Origin: Azolla caroliniana
Lineage: Eukaryota; Plantae; Polypodiophyta
Direction: 5' to 3'
NCBI GenBank assembly: GCA_043228905.1
Contig: JBHGNT010000010.1
Location: forward strand, 4,836,001-4,900,000
DNA length: 64,000 bases
The notes under the pieces are model-generated. The model searched no databases. It was not told the DNA's origin and was given only the letters and a program-made list of their open reading frames with translations. Shown here piece by piece: positions 50,737 through 61,384 of the stretch. Position numbers and translations under genes: made by a program. How positions within the stretch are numbered: the stretch's first letter is position 1; every line of letters starts with the position of its first letter.

Positions 50737-51500
50737 GCACGGGCCGGTCTTCTCCGGCAAGAGTCTATTTTGGCGCATACTGGTGGATGCGTAGTTAGGT
50801 GGGGGCGGATGTCGTGGAGAAAACTGTCCCTAGGCAGAATCGGAGAAAAATGTGCGCGAACTGGCCCTTATACGTAGGCACAAGTTTTGTTGTAATATAT
50901 ATATTTAGGTACAAGTCGGCAAATGTGAATATCCTAGGTAGCACGCATTTGTTAGGTAGAAAATTGAGGCGTATCTCTGTCCTTTCGGACAAAGAGTAAA
51001 GATGATGTAACAGGTTGTGACGGCCTCCCTCCTTGGGCTATAAAAGAGAGGGAGAGGAATCGAAAAAAGGGATCACTTTTGTCGAGGACGAAGTGTTGTC
51101 GAACTAGGACCGAGCCCTTCTTCTCTGTCTTTCTCTGTATTTGCTCTGTGCAGGTTTTCGGGAGGCTGACTCTGCTCCGCAGAACGCCCGAGTGCTTCCG
51201 GCCGAGTCTCCATCTCGCGTTTGTGTGAGTGTGTGCATGTGTGCATGTAGGCATCAGAGCTCGTCGCTCACCAGCCCATCGGTTGTAACCCCTTTCATCT
51301 GATATATATACATACACATACACACATTCATCTTGTTTCAATCAGTTGCAGTTTCTGTGTATTTGTGTGTGTGCGAAGCACGGCCATCGCCAGCACGGCC
51401 ATTGTCTTTCTTGCTCCCCTCCCTCTCTCTTGTCCCTCGGACCAAGACCCCCACGGTCCCGCCTCGTTCTACACGCACACGCGTAATAAGGCGACAATGC

Positions 51501-52021
51501 AGTGGCGCAATCTCTACTCATGAGCATATGGTAGAGTTCCCAATATTGGGATGCCTCCCACGCTCGCCTCCTCCGGTGTCTCATCTTGCACATTTCTTTG
51601 CGAGCTTGTATTGATATAATAGTACCATTGAGTTGCGATATTGTAAGTTGTCTATGTAGGTCCCTACAATCCTCATCATACCATCTATTTTGTGGCATAG
51701 ATCCTAATCTACCTTGATTGGAGTGTTTTGTATGTCGGAAACTACTCACTGCTGCGGAGTGAAGGATGTGTGTAAGTTCTGTGGTAAGGCTCTCTAAAGG
51801 CAAAGAGAGATCAAGAGAGGAGAGATGGACCTGAACATGTCGAGAGTATATGTCGGAGAGCTCATGTGTGAAATCTATTGTGGTGTGATGACTTGGTTGA
51901 CTAGAGTTGGTGATGTCCAAGATATCGCATTTGAGCTCAAAGTATAAGAAACTATGATCCGTGCCAATAGGACATGGGGCCACCCAGAAGGAGTTAATCA
52001 TGTGGGTAGCTTCAAGGCACC
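51501..52021 (-). mobile_element. LINE continuation (endonuclease C-terminus and linker); the last few codons lie at 57395-57405
   Basis: Motifs GTDHSFL and WYDEDC. IDYLIG is restored across solo LTR K. Confidence 0.85.
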
Positions 52022-52418
52022 CTATGTGTTAGGAAACGGGTCCCTCCGGATGGGAAGAGAAGAGCCGAGTTGATGAGAAACTCAAATCGTGTAGACAGCC
52101 AACTCGGAAGACTATACTTGTAAATAGTCTAAATATGCCCTTATGGGCTACACTTGTAAATAACCCAAAAGGTGTACTAGTATAAGTACTTAAGGCAATC
52201 ATAATGTTACTATTATTATGAGTTGTTGTTAAAAAGGTGACTTAGAAGGTTGTTGCCTCTGTAACTGTGTAACAGTAAGTGAGTGAGAGTGAGAGCGTGT
52301 GTAACTCTGTAGCCGTCTGTTGACGAAGTTGAATCTCGAGGTTGTTGCCTCAGAGCTTCTAGTTGTACTCCTCCTTTTAGCATAGTGATTATGTTTCTCG
52401 GGGTTTGTGAACCCCCGT

Positions 52419-55400
52419 TGTCGTGAAGATTTTCGTCCATAGGCGGAAACCGGGGTGGAATAAGCAAATCGGTGGTGTGCACCATGTGCACATGTATACT
52501 AGGAAATGGTGCATAGAAATAAGAGGGGAAATTCTATCCCACATTGTAAGGTTCCTCCCTCCTCGGGCTATAAAAGGAAGGGAGGGGTCACTTATGAGGA
52601 GTTGCCTATTTTGAGGGAGAGAGGCATACCACTTAGGTCGAGGGTTTCCTATTCGGTTTTAGGGTTTCGGTTAGGGTTTTCTTCTAGGGTTTTCCTTTAG
52701 GGTTTTTGATATAGTCGTTTGGTGCGGCCATGGCGGCCACCATTGTTATAATCATTCGCTTGTTTTTAATATAGCTTGTTGTGGATCTTGCTTCCATCTA
52801 TTTTGGTCTATGCTTATGTGCTACTCATCCACTTCTCATATCTTATTCTTTCTCCTCTACTCCCTAGTCCAAGACCCCTGTGGTCCCGCCCCTTCTACAC
52901 GCACGCGCGTAACAGCGCGACATCTTTGGTGAACCCGACGTGAAGGGCGACAAGGGAGCATGGAGATAGAAGAAGACTTCGACTTCGAGGAGATGATGGC
53001 AAAGATCGTGATGGAAGCCGGACGGAAGATGGCGAAGCGAGATGCGGCTTAACAAGCCGTCGAAAGGGTGGTCAATTGAGTCGGCCGGTTCAATGGGAAT
53101 GAGGTCCTAAAAATTTTGGGAGCCTACAAGGCCGAGATGGTGAAAAGGGGCGTAGACGAGGCGATGCGGCTAGAGTATTTTCCTCGAGTGGCGGCCGTAT
53201 CGGTGCACAAGGAGGTCAAGGAGCTACGAGAAGCTCACGAGTCATGGGTGTCCTTTGAGGGAGCCCTATTGGAGGCGTACGGGTACACGGAACCGGAAGG
53301 AAGAGGTCGACATGAATTCGATCGGTGGGTGTGCCGGCAACATGATGCGAGGCGGTCGGCCACAACACGGCCCGCGAGCGGCGGAGAAGAGAGAACGGCG
53401 AGTGAGTACGCACTACCGCCGGAAGAGAGTTCAACGCAAAACGGTTCGGAGGAGCTCGACCTAGAGGTGCTAATACGGGAGGCATGCGAGCTTGTGAAGG
53501 CGAAAATCGGAGCCGAAGAAGGGCTTGTTATGGAGTCGGGCCGGAGGTGATCGAAGGATGCGGACGAAGAAGCCTCCCTAGACGTAGAAGACCGGGCCTA
53601 TACAGAGGCCGAAAGAGCGTACGACGGCAACATGGGAGAGGGTGCGGAGCAAGCGACCCTCTTGCCTTGCGGTGAAGGGACGGCCATGGAGGCCGGTAAC
53701 TACGGATTCGGGACACGGCGGCCCAAAACATCAAGCGGGAAGGCGAGTGGCTGAAACGACAACGAAGGGAAGGCGGCAAGCATAATTGAGGCTTGCATAA
53801 TCGGAGGCAGGTTAGCCGCAGACAACGACATCCGAACGGAAGCGGCTACGGACACAATGAGCGGCGGTGCCGGGTCCTTACCCACACCGGTCCTAGAGGC
53901 TCCGGCGGCCGGCCCGAGTGCCGGCATGAGACCTAGAGCGACGGGCGGCAAGGCGGCAAGGCGGGCTACCACGACGGCGAGAACGACGAGGAAAAGGTGG
54001 TGGCAAGCGTAAACGGAGACGGGGTAGCCACGGACGACGATGACCAAATGGAGGTGGCTACGAACGAAACGAGGGGCGGTGCCAAGTCCTTACCCACAAT
54101 GGTCCTGGAGGCTCCGGCGGCCGGCCCGAGTGCCGGCGTGAGACCTAGAGCGAGGGGCGGTGGCGGCGACAAGGAGGGCAACCAAGACAACGGCAAGGAA
54201 AGCGAGGAAGAAGGGGCGGCAAGCATAATCGAGGCTTGCGGAATCGGAGATGGGGGAGCCGCAGACAACGACGTCCGGACGGAGGCGGCTACAGCAACGA
54301 CGAGTGGAGGTGCCGGGACCTTACCCACACCTATTCTAGAGATTTCGGCGGTCGGTCCCGAGAGCCCATGTGAGGCCGGAGAGACAGAAGGTGGCGGCGG
54401 CAATGCGGACGATCGAAACAACGGCGAGGAAGGTCATAGCGGACAGAGGAGAGACCCCTCGACATCGGGGCCGGAGACTACGGCGGTTGCACTCGAATGC
54501 CAACATAAGACCGAAGAGAAGGACAGTGGCCGTGAGGAGGAATGACCCGGAGCGAACACGTGAGAAGATGAGGATGTGAGGCCCGTAACGGGGATATACA
54601 AGAGGAACGATGGAGAGGTCGGGAGCGGCAAGGAGGAGAGAGTCGGGAACCGACCCGACCGGAAGATGAACCGGTCGATAATCCGACACGACTGGAAGAC
54701 GAGGTGGAAGAAGATTGGAGCGGGGTCCGATCAACCGGGCCCGAACCGAAGAAGAGCCGGCAAGGCCGGATTTGTGCAGGCAAACATGTACCGGCCAGTT
54801 ACGATTATGGAAGGGAGCCGACCAAACCGGAACTCGATCGACCGAGACCAATCCGGGCGAAGGCTAAGTCGTCATGATTGGAGGTTGATGCATACGAGCC
54901 ACAACACACGATGGGAGCCGGTGAGCGCGAGAGCGAGGAGGCTAACCGAGCACGACGAGTACGGATCGGTGAGAGGCCGAGAGCAAGAGGGACCCTCCCC
55001 ACCTATTCTAGAGACTTCGGCGGTTGCGGATCAACATAAGACCGAAGAGACGGCGGGTGGCGGCGAGGAGTCGGGGACTGGAACAAACAAGGCTACTGGA
55101 ACGGGTAGCCGGTGCGTGCAGACGGACGAGCACGGCCCAAACGGCAAGCCGGAGTCAGAAGAGGCTACGGCAACAAAGGACAAAGAGACCAACGCGGAGG
55201 TTGGGTCTACGGCGGATGAAGCGTGTAACACGAAGCATGCATTACGGACGGCAAAGGGCCAAGAAGCAAGCATGCACCCAGAAGAGCGGCAATGAGTGAC
55301 CGGCAACGGCGGACAGGTTGAGCCTTTGAGAGGCAAGCACGCGGCAAGAAACGGAGCGGTGAGTTGCTGGGATCGGCGGATGAACGACGAGAGCGAAGGA

Positions 55401-57228
55401 TGGTGCACGGAGAACAACGGGGTACACACCGGGAAGAGAAGACGCGGCGGCTTCCCGAAGGGCATGCAAGGCCAAGTGGGCCAAGAGGGTGCAAGTCGAG
55501 GCGAGGCGGTAACGAGAGCCTCGAGGGACACCAACACGGAGGTCGGGATGACGATACGCTCTACGACGAGAGAGCACGACGGGCAAAGGAGAGGCAAGGA
55601 ACGCGGAATGGGGTCGCCTAAGAGCAAAAGAATGAGCGCATATTCGGGGGACAACATCGGCGCACGAGAAGAGCCTATGGAAGGCAAGTGTGGAGCAGGA
55701 AGAGTTGACACGCCGAGGTGTTCGGCATGCGGAGACGATAAAACCAAAGGAGGAACATACGCAACACGGAAAGGGCGGAATCCGGAGTGCGATCGGAGAG
55801 ATCAGGAGCGCACCCGGAAGACATACGAGCCTTTGCGAGGAATGCACGCGGCGAGAGACGGAGCGGTGAGGTGTCGGTATCAGCGGATGATCGGCGACCA
55901 TGGAAGGCTATGTCTTCAGAACCGGAGGAGGTGCGTGGAGAGCAACGAGCTACGCGCCGGGAAGAGGAAGCGCGGCGTCCTGGAAGGCATGCGAGGCCAA
56001 GCGGGCCAAGAGGACGAGAGTCGGGATGAAGCGGTAACGGGAGTCGCGAAGGACACTGACATGATGGTCGGAATGACGGTACGCTCTACGGAAAGAGAGC
56101 ACGGTGAGCAAAGGAGAAACGAGGAGCGTGTAATGAGGTCGCCGAGGGACCAAAGAACGAGTGCATGTTCGGGAGACAACAAGGGCACACGGAAAGAGCC
56201 TACGGAAGGTGAGCGCGGAATGGAGGGAATCGGCACGAGGTGTTCGAGACGAAGAGAGGATCAAGCCGGAGATAGAACACAAGCGGTACGCAAGGGACGG
56301 AATCCGGTGAGCAAATGGGGTGACCGAGGGCCTAATCGGAGGACCTACGTGGCGGACAAAAAAAGAGTGACCGGATCGGCAATGGCGTTCAGGAGGACCG
56401 ACCGGGGAGGAAGGCGAACGCGGTGGATATGGCAGTTCAGATGGAATCGATGTTTCGGGGACACACGGTGAACGTGGTGGATCGGGTGGAGCCGTCGGCT
56501 CGAGGACATGCGACGGATACGGTGGAACGGGATGCTACGACGGTTCGTGTGGAAGGGACGGGCATGCTCGAAATAGAAAACGAAGCGAGCAAGGCCAACG
56601 AGGACACGGCGGACCTCGGTTTTATCACCATGGCCGAAAAATCTCACCTCTTCTCCCTTCTTGGCACATATTGGTGGATGTGCGGTTTGGTGGGGGCGGA
56701 TGTCGTGAAGATTTTCGTCCATAGGCGGAAACCGGGGTGGAATAAGCAAATCGGTGGTGTGCACCATGTGCACATGTATACTAGGAAATGGTGCATAGAA
56801 ATAAGAGGGGAAATTCTATCCCACATTGTAAGGTCCCTCCCTCCTTGGGCCATAAAAGGAAGGGAGGGGTCACTTATGAGGGGTTGCCTATTTTGAGGGA
56901 GAGAGGCATACCACTTAGGTTGAGGGTTTCCTATTCGGTTTTAGGGTTTTGGTTAGGGTTTTCTTCTTGGGTTTTCCTTTACGGTTTTTGATATAGTCGT
57001 TTGGTGCGGCCATGGCGGCCACCATTGTTGTAATCATTCGCTTGTTTTTAATATAGCTTGTTGTGGATCTTGCTTCCATCTATTTTGGTCTATGCTTATG
57101 TGCTACTCTTCATCTTCTCATCCGGTGTTAAGCTACCACTTCTCATATCTTATTCTTTCTCCTCTACTCCCTAGTCCAAGAACCCGTGGTCCCGCCCCTT
57201 CTACACGCACGCGCGTAACAACGCGACA
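52419..57228 (+). mobile_element. Non-autonomous Gypsy-type element I (gag remnant, no pol)
   Basis: LTRs 52419-52922 and 56701-57228, Trp PBS 52927-52943, PPT 56684-56700, perfect 4-bp TSD CCGT. Gag-like region 52960-53550. No RT or integrase motifs seen. Confidence 0.92.
52636..52708 (+). repeat. Degenerate telomere-like (TAGGGTTT, telo-box) cluster in the element I LTR; second copy near 56918-56990
   Basis: TTTTAGGGTTTCGGTTAGGGTTTTCTTCTAGGGTTTTCCTTTAGGGTTTT. Confidence 0.7.
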
Positions 57229-57405
57229 CCGTGGTTTTTCCCATTTCAGGTTTCCACATTAAAATCGCGTGTTTTTGTCTCTTGTGCTATTTCTGTTTTT
57301 GTACTCTGTCTGAGTGCATTCTATTTTACGTTCCCTGCACCCAAACATCGGAACGAGAAGCCGGTTGTGGCCGGTCACGATTCTCAACACTATGAGATAA
57401 TCAAT

Positions 57406-57756
57406 TGTGCTTTAGAGAGAGAGAGAGCTCGGCACTCAATCCGACATCACTTCCTCCTCCATATTGTGGGTCCTCAAAACAATCTCGAACCTCCCCTTTT
57501 ATAGAACAAGGGGAGGCCGTTACATCGCCAATAAAGACATTCACTTTCGGGCAGAGATTTCCCGTGATTCCCTCCATTAGATATTATTATTATTATTCTC
57601 TCTACATGTGGCCTTAAATTACTCTACCTAGTATTCAACACACATATGTATCTACATCTGTTTGTGGATAAAGCCTAGTTTGTGTGCATCCGTGTACACC
57701 CTTGTTCACGCGCTCTCTGCTCCCCTTTCTCTTAATAGTCAAAATTTGTCACGACA
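57406..57756 (-). repeat. Truncated LTR related to the Trp-Gypsy family
   Basis: Starts TGTCGTG on the minus strand. Contains TAACGGCCTCCCC...CTATAAAAG as in the A and H LTRs. Flanked by CCGT. Confidence 0.6.
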
Positions 57757-59481
57757 CCGTGTAAGAACGTCGTTTTTACGTCCATATGCTCGGTCTCTAG
57801 GTCTTTCTACGATGTCTCTATTGACTTCGAAGGAGACGTTCTTACCAATTATTTTCTGTTGGTTCCTCTCAGAGAGAATAGAGTCTTCATTGAAGACCAC
57901 ATCACTACTCCAGATCAATTTCCAGTTCTTTGGGTCCCATAGCTTGTAGCCGAATTCCCCATATGTTCCATAACCAAGAAATATGCATTTCGTTGCATGC
58001 GGTGCCAGCGTAGTCCTTTTTTCCGTGGGGATGAACGTGTAAGCTTCGCATCCGAATATACGAATTCTATCATAGGTCGGTTGTTTGCCTGACCATAGTG
58101 CCTATGGCACTTTTAACCTTATTGCTTTCAACGGCGATAGATTGATCAGATATGTTGTCGTCTGCAATGCTTTGGCCCAGAACTCCAGCTTTAGTTAGGC
58201 TTGTTGGAGCATTACTATCACCCTCACTTGGATCATTCTGATGATCCGTTCGACCACTCCATTCTGCATGGGTGTGTAAGGAACAGTTTTTTGGTGTCTA
58301 ATCGCTTTCTCGGACAAGTATTGTTTGAAGATTCGGGAGTTGTATTCTCCTCCCCTGTTGGATTGGAGTGTCTTCACTCTGTGCCTTGACCGGTTCTCCA
58401 CTTCAGTTATCCACCGAGTAAAGACCTCACGCGCTTCGTCTTTGGACCTAATCAAGTAGGCCCAAACCTTCCATGTACAGTCATCTACAAATGTGATGAA
58501 GTATCGGGAACCACCTAGTGATTGCTCAGGCATAGGCCCACATATATCTGTGTGAACGAGCTCTAGGGGTTGTCGTACTATCTCATAGTGGAGAGAGTGT
58601 GGACTTTGGGTCTGTTTCCCGTATCGACAATGCTTGCAGAAGTTCGTCTTTGCTTGGAGTTTTGGAATGTAGCCAACCGCCATCGGCCGATCTAGGCCGG
58701 CTTGAGACATATGGTTGAGTCGGCCATGCCATAGGTTCGGGTTGGTCTTTTCGACTACGTTCACGGCCCCTTCTAGATTGATCGCCATCATTGGATACAA
58801 GTTATTGTACTTGTGTCTATTCCCAATCTTTAGATTTCCACGGCTGATCATCCTTGTCGACTCACTCAGAGTCATTTTGTATCATTTTCGGCTAGCATGC
58901 CGATGGAGACCAGACTCCTTTTTAGTGCGGGTACATGCCAAACTTGGCGCAAGGTGATCATATTGCCATTTGACAATTGGATTGGTACTTCGCCAATTCT
59001 TGCGATTCTGCCCTCCTGCCCATTGCCTAGTTGGATTGTGCTGCTGTCACGGACACACCAACCTTAGACTATGACAAAGCACAGATGACGAGGCTACAAG
59101 TGTGGAACTTAAGAAGCAATGAGACTAGGAACTGTACAAGTTGCGAGTGATGAGACTATGAACTTAGGAAGCTAGGATTAACTAGAGAGCATGAAGACAA
59201 ACATGAAAATCACAGAGACAATACCGCACGAAACGAGGAAACTAGATTAATGTGTCAATGACTGGCGTTGAATCCCTTGAAAGGGACCAAGGAAGTTACA
59301 AGTATTTATAGATGTTCCGAGATTGAATATCTCTAGAATATACTCGAGAAATATCTCTAGAATATACTCATCTAGAATATGTCGTACAATATTTCTAGAA
59401 TATACTACTAACTAGAATATTCTAATTCTGAAATGTATTATATGCTAGACTATAGAATATCAAACCATTATATACAACTGC

Positions 59482-59545
59482 ATGCTCATAACAAAGTGGT
59501 TGAACATGACATCTTGTAGTTGTGAGATTGCAGGTTCAATCATTA
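59482..59545 (+). ncRNA. Degenerate tRNA-like sequence in U3 of element J (second copy near 61582-61643)
   Basis: A-box-like TAACAAAGTGG, CTTGTAG loop and B-box-like GGTTCAATC(C), at tRNA spacing. Confidence 0.4.
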
Positions 59546-59634
59546 ACTACGCATTTGACATCGTTGTGTCGTGACATTAGCTTCCCTTTTATGGTCGCCT
59601 TTTCAAAAGCGTGGTGTAGGGGTGGACGGGAATT

Positions 59635-59983
59635 GGAACATGAACAACAGCAGGCATGAACGACCATGTCGGTCCTCGCCAGGATCCGGAACACGAACAA
59701 TAGCTAGAGTGAGCGACCATGTGCAATCCTCACCGGAGACTAGAACACGAATACCAACGGGTGTGGCTAACCATGTGCGATCCTCACAGGGAACACAAAC
59801 ACCAACAGGCATGAGAGACAATGTCGGTCCTCGTCGAGAGTTGGAACACGAACACCAACGGGCATGAGCAACCATGCGGCCCTCATCGAGAACTGGAACA
59901 CGGACGAACGTGATCAACCATGTGTGGCCCTCATCGAGAACTAGAACATGAATGGACGTGAGCGACCATGTGTGGTCCTCGCC
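59635..59983. repeat. About 7 diverged ~50-bp tandem repeats inside element J
   Basis: Recurrent RGAACACGAA...ACCATGT...CCTC unit. Confidence 0.8.
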
Positions 59984-60556
59984 ATCAGAAAGTGGTGCGA
60001 GACTTGAACTATAACGAAAATGCAATGCAAACTAAGCAATGATCTGATCCCCACTACGAAAGTGAGCAATTGTGACCCCCATCGGAACTGGGAAGGTGCG
60101 CAATCGAAAGCACTCCTCACCAAAACCGTGATGCAAAATGATACCTAAAAATGATGAGAAGTAGTGTTGATGACGAAGATGGTTGGGCAAAGAGGTGTTG
60201 AAAATGATGACGACGAAGACAAGGATGTTGATGACTGTAACTCCGGAAGCAAGGATGGTGATGATGGTAACTCTAGAAGCAAAGGCGATGACGAAGACGG
60301 GTGGTGCTCTCAGTTGGAAGGGATTCAAACTGTCATAGACACACCAACCACGGACTAGGATGGAGCACAGATGATGGGGCTACGAGCGACGGATGCACTT
60401 GGAGGTAGATGTGACGAGGCTAGGAACTCTAGATGTTGTGAGGGACATGAGGGCATGAAGACAAAAATAAAGATCAAGGAGACAAAGATGAGGCGAAACA
60501 AGAATACTAGATTGATGTGTCAATGACTGGCGTTGAATCCCTTGAACGGGACCAAG

Positions 60557-61384
60557 CAAGGTTGTTAGGTACGTTAGATACGATACGGATACCATACGTA
60601 TTTAACGTATTAATACCCGTATAGTACCTCCCAATTTAAAAATACGTTAAATACGTTTTCTTAATATGTTAAATACTTATAAAATACGTATTTTACGTAT
60701 AGTACGTTAAATGCTTCTAGAATTTGAAAATGATTTACCTTTCTAAAAAATATCTATAATATTGAAAAAAACATCTATGTTTACACAATTTTGTGATGTA
60801 CAATATAATTCTATATCCTAAAATGCATATAAGACATTTGAACATTTCACATCCTAAAATACTTGTAGTAATATGGATGTCGACATTTCCTTATTCTATA
60901 AATCAGTGTAAGTGTGTATCACGATGTTCTACTTCAAATTGTAATTATTTACAATTATGCCTTCATAGATTGAGGAATCGTCTACAATTATCACACTCAT
61001 GACAGGTTTCTCTTTTCTTCGTTTTCTTCTTCTATCTTCTACGATTATCACACTCAAAACAGGTTTATGTCTTCTTTTCTCTCTCTCTTCTTCTTCTTCT
61101 TCTTCATCATCTTCTTCATCGTCATCTCTTCTATTCTTCTTTCTTCCTTCCTTTGGCTTCTTCTTCACTAAAATCTTTTTTTTCTTTTGCTTTTTGTTAG
61201 GGTTTTACTTACATTTTCTTTATAAATACGTATTATACCTGTTTTTTTATAAATACATTAAATACTGTATTGGACAAATGTACATGATATTTGATTGAAC
61301 AACATTGAGGTATAGTATGTACTATACAAACGATGAGGTACTATACGTATTTAAACGTTAAATACGGGTACGTAAACAACCATG
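60557..61384. mobile_element. Non-autonomous hAT-type DNA transposon (MITE 2), 828 bp
   Basis: Perfect 8-bp TSD GGACCAAG. TIR CAAGGTTGTT / AACAACCATG. Many TACGT subterminal repeats. The empty site is visible in the sister LTR at ~59284. Confidence 0.92.

Larger units (their letters stand above)
39105..51496 (+). mobile_element. Ty3/Gypsy element H (tRNA-Trp primed, same family as A); its 5' LTR hosts Copia E
   Basis: 5' LTR 39105-45233 (split by E), 3' LTR 50810-51496, PBS 45238-45254. Degenerate 4-bp TSD ACGT/ATGC. The LINE frame DCATAWKRLQ is restored. Confidence 0.92.
52027..57389 (+). mobile_element. Copia-family solo LTR K (~550 bp net), split by element I
   Basis: TGTT...AACA ends and perfect TSD CTATG. 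The start GGTCCCTCCGGATGGGA is shared with the E LTR. Confidence 0.9.

Noticed and set aside
7721-50778. Numerous antisense and alternate-frame ORFs over gag-pol regions
   Set aside because: These are shadow ORFs of GC-rich coding sequence with no motifs.
55296-56471. 391-aa ORF as a host or captured gene
   Set aside because: It has no recognisable domain and sits in a T-poor duplicated block where long open frames arise easily.
59635-59983. ~50-bp repeats as a CRISPR array
   Set aside because: Units are homologous along their whole length, with no repeat-spacer alternation.
60302-60330. TGGTGCTCTCAG... as a plus-strand tRNA PBS
   Set aside because: It is on the wrong side and strand relative to the TATA box and PPT, and the spacing to the T-loop-like motif does not fit a tRNA. 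Self-priming explains the site better.
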